DNA of 56,596 nucleotides, filler included, from Sphacelaria rigidula (Eukaryota): the NCBI GenBank assembly GCA_964200075.2. It is 6 parts of 6 records of this genome, joined end to end, with 100 filler letters (N's around TTAATTAATTAA, not from the genome) between each part and the next. Parts side by side here need not be neighbours in the genome. Positions count along the whole stretch, not along the records: positions 1 to 9,351 come from CAXNAA020008699.1; positions 9,452 to 18,802 come from CAXNAA020008700.1; 4 more parts are not named here. One strand, written 5' to 3'. The notes beneath the pieces were generated by a model, which was not told the origin of the DNA, searched no databases, and was given only the letters and a program-made list of their open reading frames with translations. Shown piece by piece: positions 1 through 12,509 of the stretch; the stretch's first letter is position 1; every line of letters begins with the position of its first letter. Both the position numbers and the translations under genes were made by a program.

Positions 1-1437
1 CCCAAAGCGCGGCGGGGAAAAGGGGGCAAGAAAAAAGAAAAAACAAAAAAGGGAACCCCCCCCCCCCCCCCCCCCCTCCGGCGGTCGTAGGATTTTTTTT
101 CCTCACATTGAGAAACAGTTAATAAATAGCCATTCTGGGGCGACTTGGTTGAGGTAGCGCCCATGATTGTTGGCCCTATCTGCCACCACAACATGCGACG
201 CACATTGGACGCAAATTGGCCTTGCAGATAAATGCATTTACCTGGATTGAGCAAGCATTGCAGAGCATTATGGTATTTGTCTAGTCTTGTTCTTGTCGTG
301 GAAGTGTGATGTGCAATGTATTGCCGGAACTCATAAATATAACTTGGCCTTGGCTCCGGAGGTATGCGAAGAATCAACACTTGACGAACGCTTTTTTTTT
401 ATGGTATTTAGTAACCACCCCCCGAAAAACCCCAGGATTCAAAAAAAGGGCATAGGGTCTCGGATTTTCTTTTTGGGGGCACTCTCGGCTGGCAACCACT
501 TCTTGTGCTTTAGTGTCAGACGGGAATCAAATTGGACTCGCTTGTGTAAAAGATACTGTGGCAAGAACACACCAGAGTCAAACCTACTCTAGGAGGAATC
601 AACGACACGTACACAGACGTCCCAGAGCCAAGAAAATGAAATATATGCAGAGATGGGATAAGCGTTCGGGAGACACCACCCCTACTGTGGAATATCATGC
701 TCCCATGATACTTGGCTTACGCGGACGCGATACTCATGCGCCATTGAGCTTGTGCTGAGTCTCGGCTCGTGCGTACTGCGTGGAACACACACAAGGGCTG
801 CTCGTGGAAGACGTGTGTCATCTCAACGGCGATCACTGGCAGGTCGCGAGCTGCGAGCTGATCATGCTGAAAAAAAACATGCCGACACTGCGTAGCACGG
901 GATCGAGAGTGAGGGACCCTGCGAACGTCGGGGACATGCTTTCCTCACTGTCACAGCTTCTATCAAAACGATCTTTGTCAAAAGAGGGCAGTCGTAGATC
1001 GCACAAAAAGGGACAACGAGCAAGATGAGCGAGGACGGGTCACCTTGCTAGCGCTACCCGTAGGAACGTCATTGCGATCTACCAGGATGCACTCCTCCGC
1101 CATCATCGCCGCCTGCTCTTCGTCGAGCACTGCCAATTCTGCCGTAAACCCGGATCCGCTCTCTGCCCCTGCCGCTGCCACTCTCGCCTTGGCTGGACTA
1201 CGAGCTGTGCGCGCTGTCGGTGTTGTTATAGCGCGGTGGCCTTGGGACACCGGTCGCCGCGGTTGATTTTGCCGGGCAGGATTGTGGCGATCTGCGCGGG
1301 CAAAAAATAAACTCGATGAGAAATTTGGCGTGAGTACTCACGGTTTTTGACGCTGATCGCAGTTCGGGTTATATACAACTAGTTGGACTGGCAAAGATTT
1401 CTCTTCGACAAGCAACGACCCTTCTCAACAAAAGTGC

Positions 1438-1680
1438 CCCGAGTGGAGTGTTCGATTTTCGACGTGAAATTTCACACGTATGCCCGAACGGGAAAATAAA
1501 AACCTTGTCAGTACGCTACGAACGCAGTTCATCGGAATTTCCCGTCTCAAGCTCATTCAGAATGTGACAAAACCGGGCTGTCCCCCGTTGGGCGTATCGC
1601 CAAGTAGCTTGAAGTTGTTCGTTTCCCCAGTTTACACCTGTGCGTGAAACTCCACGTCGAAACTTGGACGCTGACTCGGG
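1438..1680. mobile_element. MITE with imperfect ~40-bp TIRs
   Basis: Left end cccgagtggagtgttcgattttcgacgtgaaatttcac is an imperfect reverse complement of right end gtgaaactccacgtcgaaacttggacgctgactcggg. Confidence 0.55.
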
Positions 1681-1829
1681 AACAAACTATACCCAAAATT
1701 GAAGAACTTGATTTTGGAACAACTCCTTGGTTGACCGTTTCGCGTCATGGCGAAAATGGAACAAATCGCGAAAGTAGAAAGTAGCGATATAACAGCACAA
1801 TTCGGGCCACGCAGTTGTGTTCACCTTTT

Positions 1830-3650
1830 CCAGCGTCAAGTGGAGGATTGTTGTTCTTCTTGGTAGTACCAGTGCCGCAGGTTACGGAGTGGAAGATGAT
1901 TCAGCTTGACAAGAATCCAACTCCATCTTTTCTTCAACTATTTGCAGCGGGAATATCTCGTCGAGATTTTTCGATCAACAAGATCTTATCGCAGTGCAGG
2001 GCATTTGTTCATGGAGAAATCGAAGGTGAGACCATTCTCAGGACAGATTATGTACCCCGTATATCACCTACGTTACACTTTTGAGGATATGGCATCAACA
2101 AGCCTCCCGGCCGACAACCTTAGTGCACTCGCGACGTGTGTAAAGGTAGGAAATGTAGCACTACAGAGCAAGGCCATGAAGGAGACCGAGAAAAACACAC
2201 CCATCACGCGAGCCGTCCGTGTTGCTGTGCAGTACCCATTTGCTCGAATAGGTGATGAGGTTTCGAACATGAATTTTTGTAAATAGGTACGGAGGCTACG
2301 CCATTTCGGCCACATGGTCGAGGGTATACCGCTTCTCGATGAGCAGGATCTCTTGACAGTACGCGGTCTTCATCCGCGAGAAAACTACAGGTTGAAATAC
2401 TCATTATCTGAAGGGTCATACATGTACTTGAAGTACACCCGGTGGGTGCTATCCGCCGTGATGCACCTACCGTGACCGGTTGGGAGCCTTTTTCCCCTTG
2501 GTGCAAGCTCATGCTAATTTCGATTCAATCAATCTCAAGCTCGACACTAACCCGTGCCCCTTAAAGTGCATCGGTAGATCATACACCTGAGTTAGCATGC
2601 GGGGGTCCCGATGTACCGTTTGCATCAGCAACCAAAATGCTGCCACCAAAAAATCATGCGCATCAAATGTGGAGGCTGTAGCTAGAGAGAGCTCACCATA
2701 TGGGAGTAGATTCAAAGGTGAAGGTGCCAACAGAAAACCGGAGGCGGGCCTGGAAAACGGCAGCATCGTCACCATGCCGACCAGAAAAAGATTGGCAATA
2801 GTCGCCATCGCTGTAGTAGACAACGCAGCTCTGTGCAGTACAGCTGTACAGTGCAGTACAGCAGTACAGATCCTTCTTGAGTGTCCGATCTTTCACGCAG
2901 TTCCGCCGTATACTTCCCTTATATGGTGCACAGTTCCGGTAAGAGCGGCTTTGCGTCACATGCAGCGTTACATCCAGCGGTTGCAGTTTTGGTCGTCTTG
3001 CCAGAAATGGGCTTGCCGTAGACCACACTGTGTGCAGATACTTGAATGGTGTAGTGTTGACACCAGGGTCAATACAACTCTTAAAGTGGTGACAGTTTTC
3101 GCGCTATCCTTCAAACCCGGCTCCGAGCCCATAGGGTAACCTGCATTGAATTAAATAAAATGCACTGAATTTCAAACCCCGCACGTAGCTGCACCAAATC
3201 CTGGATGAGGCTGGAAGCATGTAAATCCAGTCATCTTCCATATTCAAAACGCTTATGTTCAAACTCAGAGCTTGAGCCTGGTTGAAGTGTCGACTTTTAT
3301 GTCAGCGAATGCGCACATGCTCCACTTTTCTACCTGTAAAATATTGTTTACTTCAGTTATGTGCGAGATAAAGAGTTTCGCTTTGCTGTCCGACTCCTAT
3401 CTTTTTGCGTGATCCGGCGATCCCAAGTGTGGCTCTTTGGACACGGGACTGAATTTTTCTCAGTCTAAAGTAGTGGTGAAAAAATAAAGATACTTTCTGG
3501 CATGGCCCCAGGCAAAGTCTGCACCACTTGCTCGAGTACGCCATGAGGCTGTCCAATCACGAGCGTGCTGCAGTCAGTAAGACTGCTGGGATATGCCGCG
3601 ACAAGGGCGGGAATCTGGTACTAAAGGTACTGGCTCTATTATCCATCGCG
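1830..3650 (-). pseudogene. Heavily decayed transposase, possibly KDZ/CxC-type (Kyakuja-Dileera-Zisupton-related)
   Basis: Frame-hopping minus-strand fragments occur in the expected order: LVPDSRPC; SVLNMEDDWIYMLP...GLKFSAFY; CTQCG; QHG..VMGVFFSVSFM; GYIICP..LTFDFSMNKCPAL; KISTRYSRC..WILVKL. Many stops and frameshifts. Recognised by eye only. Confidence 0.35.
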
Positions 3651-4759
3651 GCGCCTGTACATTGCTTGGCTGAGGCGGGGCGGCCTGCGTTTGTCGCTGC
3701 GAATGGAGGGAGGGGTGGCAGACTGGCTGCCAAGAGAAGCGGCCGCGGAAGAAATGCCACGCGACAACCCCTCACCAGTAAGCCAGGTACAGAACAAGGC
3801 ATTAGAAGGGTGGTTGATCTAGAGCTTTTTTACTTTGATGCTTTGCATGTTCTGCGTGCCATGCGTGTGCCCTGTGTGGGTGCATGCGTGTCTGGCTATG
3901 GTGTGACGGGTTAAGCGCAACGTGCATCATACCTATTATATAATAGTTGTTGTACGAGATTCATCATCACATGGAGATATAAGGCGCAGCGCTAATTCGA
4001 TGCCTGTTGTCGCTCGTGAAATTGGGGCTTTTGTGTTCTGTGTTAACACCAACGTTACATGTATCGGGTGCCTCGTATCGTGCGTTTACTGGTCGCGCTC
4101 TCTTGGCAAGATCGACATTGCAATTGCCGGAAGATGAGGCAGCTGTACGTTTCACTCACGAGCGTATCTCTTCTCTTCCTGCTTGAGTGGGAGAGACAGG
4201 TTTCGTCATGAGAGAAATATCGAAGTGCTGCCTGCGTATCAATCGTCCAGCACAACACAGGCAGTACTCGTATGGTGTCCTCTTGAAAGGCGCTCGATTC
4301 TCGGCCACGGCGCATTACGTTCCTCTGCCGTGCAGTACAGTCTTCTCTTTCTAGTGAGTATATTTTGTATGTATGTGTGCCTTGTGAAAGGGCTTTCCTC
4401 GAACGATGCAAGCACGGATGTTCAACGTGTGTGCATATGCATACCGCCTTCGTGTCAACAAATGTTGGCGTTCCGAACCGTTACATGTGGAGCGGGAACA
4501 CCCCGCAATCCGAACAACAGGATGCTGCAGTACACCGGTGCAGTTGGTCGAGATTTAATCTCGATTTCTCGCGTCAAGGTTGCGTTTTGCTGTACCTCTG
4601 ACTACAGACTATGCTGTAATAATTATAATAGTCATACCACGTGCCCAGAGCATGCAATAATTTTCTCCGGTGCCCCGCCCCGCACATGCATGCGCCATGC
4701 GTCCCACTCTCGAATATTTTCACTCTGCAACACCATGGTGTTAGTTACCGTTGTTTGCC

Positions 4760-5050
4760 ACCGCACCCCTGTGGTATAATGTTCCGACTATCACCATCAG
4801 GTTGGAGAGAACATGGGTTCGAACCACGATGCCCTTTTTTTTTTCTTGGACTATCTGGTTTTCATCGTCAAAATCGTTAGTACGTGAACAAACAACAAGT
4901 AGGTCACAGCTTGCTAGAAAAAGTTGACGCGGCGCGGGAGAGCTGCCGCAACCTGCGAGACCAAGATGCAAGACATGTACCAGGGAGAGATGAGTTGATC
5001 CCATGAGACCGCGGGCTCGTTCCGAGGAAGGGGAAGGTTTCAAAGTGCGA
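4760..5050 (+). mobile_element. tRNA-derived SINE, family A
   Basis: Head carries a pol III A box (TGGTATAATG) and B box (GGTTCGAACC). Body is shared with copies at 12975, 32518(-), ~11870(-), ~15050 and ~16190(-). Confidence 0.75.
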
Positions 5051-5700
5051 TAAATAAAAGGATGGAGATATATACGTATATTGTCCAGGTGGTACAGCCA
5101 TAGGCGCAGGCGGAACATCGGCACTCGTGATCTGATTTTCCCCTGGCCTGACTTACTGTACTGCTGTGTTGTCTTTCCCGTACCGTGTAATGGTCTCGAA
5201 AAATACATGTTTCCAACCATCTTGTCGCACAAGTAGCTGACCCTGAATCATATCGTCTGTTTGTTTTTTCCCACCCGTCCGTCTGTTTTGCGCCACAACA
5301 AGATTCAGCGACACTGACTTGTTCACTGTGCTCCACATGGAATGTGTTCTAAGTTTTAGTGCGTTGCAGCGTCGACAGCGCGCTTACGGCCGTGCCTCCC
5401 AAACTCAGCACTCCCGCAGGCGATACGTGAATGGGTTTGTAAAGATTGTCATTGTCCAGTGCATGTCCCAGTGCAAATCGATTCTTGTCCGCCAACGCAA
5501 CAGCCACTGAGCTTGCTCATGATGTGGAAGTCAGGGCACACCTGGGTGTCGAGACACGTGTTTACAAGCGCCGCACACGATCTGGGCTGCGGGATAGCCG
5601 TGTTGAGGAGGTATCAACGGTACAGTTGTGTCACCCCCCACCCACCCCCCAAGTGTGTCGGCTCTAGATCTGTTGATATTTCGTTCGCTATACTCCAACT

Positions 5701-6163
5701 CCACTAGGCATCGCAGGTGCCGCTGCTGGCGAACCAGCCTCTTCCAGGCTTGTCGGCGTTTGTGCGTCCCTTGTATCCACGAATCTGCCCGCCTGTTTTC
5801 CGGAGATCATCCCGGTACCGACGTCTGACCAGGAGTAGCGCAAGACGGACGACGAGAGACGTTTCCCCGAACCCGTGTCCAGAGAGGATTACTTATCAGA
5901 CCTCAGTGGAGTACACCGACGCCAAGTCAACTGTCCTTAGCGTCGCCGTGCTCCTCCAAGGCCTGAAAAGTAGTCCTCTCCGGGCACGAGTTCGGGGAGA
6001 CGTTTCTCGTCGTCCGTCTTGCGGTACTCCTGATCAGACGTCGGTACCGTGATGATGTGGGAGAACAGGTGGGCATACATGTGGATGCAAAATACGCACA
6101 ATCCCCAACAAGCCCGCGACAGGATGCTTCGCTAGCAACAACAACTGCGGTGCGCTGTAGTGC
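5701..6163. repeat. Fold-back (inverted duplication) of a coding-like segment, ~225-bp arms, loop <=9 nt
   Basis: Centre is cgacgccaag-tcaactgtc-cttagcgtcg (5917-5945). Hand count gives 8 mismatches over an 80-nt stretch of the arms. Both arms translate to related peptides (..PTSDQEYRKTDDEKRLPELVPGEDY..) interrupted by stops or a frameshift. Confidence 0.85.
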
Positions 6164-7147
6164 TCTACACCGACAGGGTAGCACCGAGAGTAATGGCTAG
6201 AATGACTTTGTTTCGTTGCAGATCCCCGCGGACGGAGTAAAGCAAGAGCCGTCAGATGTAGTGCCACTCACAACTCTTGCTACACTGCCTCACAAAATCA
6301 CACACGAAGCAAGACACGACCACCTCCCTAGGGCACCGCGATTCGCTCCAAACGGACACCCCCCTGAAACACACGATCTCCCTCGATTCAACCGAGAAAG
6401 CGGACTCGAAATATGTAACGTCTGGTGGTGCGATCGACGTCATAGTACGGATACGCTCACAGTCATGATCCTTTTCCCGTTGTTTCAAGTCTCTGCCTCT
6501 GCCTCTCTGACTCATACCGTCCCTTCAAATATTCATTTCTTCCTCGCTACTCAGATAACATCCTCTCCAAAAGTGTACGCAAACAAAGAGCCTTCTCAAG
6601 AGACCCATGTCGTAGCCGTTTGTTGGTTTTGCTATATCTACCCTCACCGCGCCCCGGGATATGTTTATCGTTCTTGGAAAGTAGAGATTTGCAAAGTCCC
6701 CAAATCATTATTTGCTTCGTAAATTTTGTAGCACGGCTCGAACGTGTCGCCGAATTTGTGCAGATGCAGCGTGCGTTGTGTCCGACTAAAGGGCCAAGTT
6801 TCACGGCGGTTGGTCGAGCCGCGTTGGAAACGTACATTATTATAATTGCTGTTGAAAAGTGTAATGACTGTTGTTTTGCGGGCCAAGTGCGGGCATCCAT
6901 ACGTATATTTTTGTTTCCTTCATTTTGGCTAAAATAATGCCCGCGAAGCCCGCTTTAATCTTCCTTTTAATCATGTTGGTCTATATGTCTTGAATCGGCA
7001 CCATTTCCACTCGGGAAAAGCCTGTCGCTGTCCATCTGCGGGTGCTCGAGGAGTCAACAAATTGGGAGTCAAAATTTGCAAAAAAAAAACAGAACGAAGA
7101 AATGTCCATACATCATCCATCACAAATATCGAGGGGCTTCTCGATTA

Positions 7148-8175
7148 TATAACCACGGTATTTTCTCTCCAACGGTAATTTTTGGCGTTACCGTGAAAAT
7201 TGGGATTATCGTTCTCATCCCAAGCAAAACGTTTTATCTGGGTCCCACGTGAAAATTCACCACGCGAATAGCGCAATTCCCGCGATTTCTCGTTCCCGCG
7301 GTAGCGATTACGGCGAAAATAAGTGGTCGGCAACTACCGTACAGAAACGCAGTTCGTGCCACGTTAGGGAAATTATATGGCTCCAGTTGATAGAGGTGGT
7401 GGTGGTCAGTAGTGGTTCCGTGGGTTCGGCGTCCGACATATCTTTTTTCGTTTTTTCCCCTTCTTGATTCTACTTTCGTTTCTTCTCTGTGTAGTCTCTT
7501 TTTCTCTCTTTTCCTTTTCTTGTGTGTGTTTGGATGGGGGAAAATGGTTGATGGCGTTCGCAACCGTCAAGGCAAGGATGTGCGGCACACCAGCACACAT
7601 CATGAACAAGGGTGGGTAGTAATGAAAGGTGGCGGCGCCGTCGATGGTCGTCCTCGAGGCCGCGAACGTCTGCCTGTGATTTGCTGTAAAGCTTTTAGTT
7701 TCGACTGCAGTTGAAAAAAGATATTTTATTTTCGTCTTCGGCGAACATGCGCACTTCGTTACACTACACGCCGAAGCGAGGAAAAACAATGAACGAAGTA
7801 TATATACACACATATATATAAACTATATCAATATATCGCACGCAACCGCCCCGTTACTGTGTAGCTGATTGCCGTCCTTGAATTACCGTGGCGGCCGACT
7901 ACTGTCCAAAACATGCGGTGCATTCACGCGATGGCTGATCACCCCGGCTTATTTACCGCAGTGGACGATTACCGTCCCTAAAAATACTTCGCATCTTATC
8001 GTGATGACTGATGAACACCGCGGCTGACGTGTCGTTGTAGGCGATTACTGTCCGAAGAAAACGCCACACCTTGCCGTGATGGTTGATCATAGCGGTGAAT
8101 TGACCATGGTGGCCGATTACCGTTGAAAAAAGGACGGCGCATTATTACAGTGGTGGGCGAATACACCGCGGTCTA
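7148..8175. mobile_element. Non-autonomous DNA transposon with TTACCG/ACCGCGG-type subterminal repeats
   Basis: Imperfect TIRs (ataaccacggtattttc / gaatacaccgcggtctat). Many gattaccgt-like motifs cluster near both ends. No credible ORF. Confidence 0.5.
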
Positions 8176-8732
8176 TGTTACGAAGGTCAACAAATGGTCA
8201 ACATTTCGGTTATCGAAATCCAAATTTGTAAGGCGTGCAACAGTTGTCACGAGCTACCAGCAAGTGAAAGAATGATTGACGAGAAAAGCCCTGAAAAATA
8301 TTGTTTTATGCCATCGTAAAGTACGTACATAAGCACGCGTTTTCTCACACGTGACGTGACCACCCCCTGCACATGTACTGGGGGTGATATGACTCGTACT
8401 TTCGGAGAAGATTCAAGGCGCGCCGTTGAACTTGGATGATTTTTGTAGTGCCCACAGGTTTGATACTCATCAGAATAAACGACGTTTTGTTTTTTTTCAG
8501 CGACGGACACCGGACAGGGTCGAGAGGAATGCCGTGTTTTCGCTACGTGCCTCTCACTGTCTCGCTGCCAGCCGATTCTTTCATGATATTCGCTTACTCT
8601 TGTGTTTTGTGTTTCTCGTGCGCCTCGCCTCTATTTATGTATTATAGTGGGCTGACAATCTCAAGGCTCTCCTCGCTGCACCCTGTAACCTCGGGTCCGA
8701 GAAGTGGGTTGCACGCTACGAAAATTAATTTC

Positions 8733-8995
8733 ACAAGATTCGGACGAATTATTGTCGGTTCGAATCACCAAATCCACGGTTTTGCAGGCCTGATTGCTCC
8801 ATAAAGAGCGAAAAATTGCCCGCTGGTGATGAAAGTATCCACGCAATTTTTGCGCCATTACACGTGCCCAGGGTGTGCATACCTGAGGTGCAACGCTGAA
8901 AACAAGGGCCAACGATCGATTCGTATTGTACGAATCAATCAACACTATAATCAAGTAATTCCCAGACGAATGATTCATTAGTTCAACCATTGGCA
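8733..8995. mobile_element. MITE family B (GGTTCGGACGAAT ends), diverged copy
   Basis: Co-linear with the copies at 17019, 18121 and 25738. Confidence 0.65.
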
Positions 8996-9351
8996 AATTA
9001 ATATACTCCCTCTGTCCTGTAGGTCTGGTCGGTTATGTTTGTGCGAGCTCTTACCCGTGTCCGATATGATTTTCGATGTACTCTTCGATTTCTCGGCTTT
9101 TGATGTAGTTGGAGGCATATCTAGACACTTTTGCAGCTCGCTGTTGAACCATGCGGCCGAACAGCGGCAAAAAGATCAATCGGTTGACTTCTTCATTATT
9201 TTTTTTTGTTACGACTTGGTCTGCTATATCGTTCTGTTCGACTTTTTTTTTCCCTCCTGTTCCTCCTTTTCTTCAATCATTTTGGGACCGGACCCCCACT
9301 AACACAGGGTTGACCCTGTGTTTGTGGAATAATAAAAAATAAGTCTTCGAG

Positions 9352-9451
9352 NNNNNNNNNNNNNNNNNNNNNNNNNNNNNNNNNNNNNNNNNNNNTTAAT
9401 TAATTAANNNNNNNNNNNNNNNNNNNNNNNNNNNNNNNNNNNNNNNNNNNN
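9352..9451. other. Artificial scaffold linker (N44-TTAATTAATTAA-N44)
   Basis: 100-nt spacer whose core gives stops in all six frames. Identical linkers occur at 18803-18902, 28253-28352, 37702-37801 and 47150-47249. Confidence 0.98.
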
Positions 9452-9559
9452 CTGATTATCTTGCATTTGGGTGACAGCCTACAATGAGTTGTTTCATTTT
9501 GTGGTATCGCCACTTCCAGAGACAGCCACGGCTTATACACTGCCTCATGGGTGCGGGGG

Positions 9560-9662
9560 TGGTTTCTAGGGGGGGGGGCGTACTCATTTGTTGCTTGCCT
9601 TAGTCATTTGACCATTGACCACGCATCCCTTTCGAGACGGAGCACCGTTCCTACTCCTAATG
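9560..9662 (-). mobile_element. LINE 3'-end fragment
   Basis: Reverse complement matches the ..SRNGAPSRKG.. coding end and 3' UTR at 47870-47970. Confidence 0.7.
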
Positions 9663-10597
9663 TTGGAGGTGTTTCTAGGGGGAGGGGGAGTCTACCCGCA
9701 GAGTAGCGGGGGCTCACGAAGTCAACCGTGTGTGATAGCGAGTTCCCCGCGGAAGATTCCATGCCAGAAACGAGGCCGGAGAGGCGCGGAATGAACTTTA
9801 TGACTTGTTACGGAATGAGCACGTAGTTCCCCTGCACGTAGACTACCTCGGTGTCCAGCGGTCTATCATTGTGGTCATGTCAATTCAAACATGGACTACA
9901 TGGGCACGCATGACGTGTTTTGTACTCGACTTGAGGTGTGTGCCCTCTGTCCGACACCTCATGTGTTGCCAGCATAGCTTGACAGTCCGTAGTGTTGTTG
10001 GAGAACACCAAGCAGATGCATCGGGAGCATGCAGTGAGTTGTGTTCGGTGGAGAGCAACCTCCGAGCTGACTGTTTCTTGCCGTTGTATCCAGCGGAATA
10101 CACTGCACTCATACCGACCCTGCACGCTACTGGCTGCATGGTGAAAATCGATCAGGGGTTCTTCGCAACGTTTTCGTATATAGATGCCCAGCATCCGCAC
10201 GATTATGGAAAAAGGCGTTTCGTGCAGCGAGAGAAGAGTTGTTCTGAACTCCAAGTGTGGCACGGTCCATCTCAAGTCCACCCGTGGCGGGGCCGCTGTC
10301 TAGGGGATGAGCAAGTGTTGGTGCCTTTTTAATCGTCCGCAGTTGTGTTTTCCAGCGTCTACCGTAGATTTTCCATGTCCTACCATGTGCCTCACTCGTG
10401 TGCCCCACTCTTCAATGGGGTTTCAAATCCCAGTGCATTGGTGAGAAACCGGTGTACTCATAACGTATATTGAGGCCACCGACTACGAGGTGAAGCAACT
10501 GGCGGCAGTCCACACGGCTTACAAGTATTCCGTGCCGATTCAAAAATGTTCCGTCAAGTTACTCGTCTGTCCGTGCTGTCCCCTTCTTTCGCCACAG

Positions 10598-10669
10598 GTG
10601 ATATCCCCGAAGAGCTGGGAGAGCTTACCGCTTTGACACTGCTGCACCTGGAGAACAACCGGCTGACAG
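10598..10669 (+). CDS. Single 72-nt phase-1/1 exon encoding one 24-aa plant-specific-type LRR (GDIPEELGELTALTLLHLENNRLT), ROCO/LRR-gene type
   Basis: Polypyrimidine tract plus CAG acceptor (cccttctttcgccacag), exactly 72 nt, AG|GCGAG (GC) donor. Fits the GxIPxELGxLxxLxxLxLxxNxLT consensus. Confidence 0.85.
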
Positions 10670-11015
10670 GCGAGCTGCTTTGTAACGTTTCCAACGAGAC
10701 TATTGGGTGATGGCCGAAAGCTAGAGTAACAATCCTGTTGTTGTTGTTGTCGTGGAAGTCAGTGCCTCAGTGGGGGCAAAGCGTTGTACCATGCACCATG
10801 CCAGGTACGCTGTTTCTCTTCGTGTGTTTGTGCGGTGCTCGTGCTTCCTGTCGGGACCCGACGTTGTTCTGTGGGCTAGGCCGGGCAGGCTTGGTTCACT
10901 ATATTCAGCAAGGTTGGGCAGTAGTTTCTCTTAGTTCGTCTTTCTGCTGAGGTAAACCGTCCTTTGATATGACGTGAATTTCAAAGCACTGTACCCTTGG
11001 TCCTTCGGCAAGCTA

Positions 11016-12498
11016 CGAGCTGGGCCAGCCTCAAGATGGATTTGAGGTCTAAAATCAATATCTCATCGACACGGACGAGGTCGGCCGTGATCCGCATATC
11101 GTATTAATCGTGTAAACAATGGGAAGGTGCCCATGTGCTCAAAAATCTGGGCCAATATTTGTCTCGTTGAAGAAACCCCATGTCTCGTAATCACTGTACC
11201 GTACGGCGATAGCGTTCACACTAGAATCTATATCAAACCCCGAACGATACATTGAGCGGATTATGACGACTTGTGGTGTGGACCTTCCCTAGGGCACGGC
11301 GAGACGAAAGATACCCTCACCTTCACCTAATTTACAATCTGTCTCGAGATACGGCGCACGTGAGTTCCAATAATGAAGTTGATATATGACGAGCAGAGGC
11401 ACTAGATGCCCAAAATCTGAATATCGCGTCTTAGATTTTGAGAGTTCTATGAAATTTGGTATGGAGAACTGCTTACTATTTCTCTTACTTTGATATCCGT
11501 CATATTAGCTGGATCTCTCGAACCCGTGGTCACAGAGTGCGAGGAGCATGCCATCTATACCCATACAGCCCAAACAGCCCGCAGAAAAAGAGAAGAAACA
11601 CAACATCTACACGAAGATATGGCGAACCGCTAGTGCAGAATGAAAAGAATGAACACAACTTTGAACCTTTTTTTTCTCTTTTTTTTTCATTGTTTTTCGT
11701 GTTTTTAGTTGAGTTTTGAGGAGAAATGAACATTGCTCTTCCGCCTAATCTCAGTATTTTAGCTCAATTTTTAGAATCGTGATTTGAAACTAAGCATGGA
11801 CAACAACGAAGTTGCGCCGAATAAAAAATGGGCCTTCCTTTTTTTTATAGAGGTTGGGGCGATTTAGTTTTTTTTTTCCCTCACACCCTCCCTCGGGATG
11901 ATTCCGTGGTCTCAAGGGATCAACCCATCTCTCCCCCCGTACGCGCCTGTCATTTTGGTCTCGTCGATTGGGTCAGCACTCCCGCACCGCGTCAACTCAC
12001 GTCACACAAACCCAGTCTGCACCATACCGCAACCCCGTAAACCAGTAAAACAAGCAACCTCACCCGCTGAGGTTAGTTGATTTTTACCCTAGCGAGGGCC
12101 CACACAATTTTTCAATACACAAAAACCTAAGGTGGGCCGGGGAGTGGCCTGCGAAATTTTGTTTCGAGTATTTACCGACCCGGTTTTCAGAAGGCGAATG
12201 CGCCGGCCAACAATTAGAGTTGGAGCGTAAAATTTGGTGCGGATGATGCCAGGGCATAAACATGAATTACGAAAGCACCATGATTTTTTATTTTTCGTGA
12301 GTTGAGGGCATTTCAATGATACCTGAAAAACGATAATTGCCCTCAACTCATGGTAAAAATCAAAACTCCTTGTGCTTCTATAGTATTTTTTGTTGTTCCC
12401 CATGCATTGTCCATACAAAATTATACGCTCCAGCTCTAAATACTGGCCGGCGCATTCGCCAACAAACTTCTAATCCGCCTCCAGGCTGACCCAGCTCG
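11016..12498. mobile_element. Non-autonomous Tc1/mariner-like element (~1.5 kb)
   Basis: TA|CGAGCTGGGCCAGCCT ... AGGCTGACCCAGCTCG|TA. A homologous copy starts at 55502. Contains a partial SINE-A at ~11870-12015. Confidence 0.8.
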
Positions 12499-12509
12499 TA
12501 CTTTCGTCC

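Noticed and set aside
780..1266. GC-rich coding-like ORFs on both strands
   Set aside because: They are interrupted by stops, with no recognisable domain or consistent splice structure.
9396..9407. TTAATTAATTAA recurring every ~9.45 kb as a biological periodic motif
   Set aside because: It is always embedded in N runs and is an assembly linker.
9800..10560. Possible retroelement integrase remnant on the minus strand (NIRYEYTGFSP)
   Set aside because: One weak motif only; too degraded to assign.
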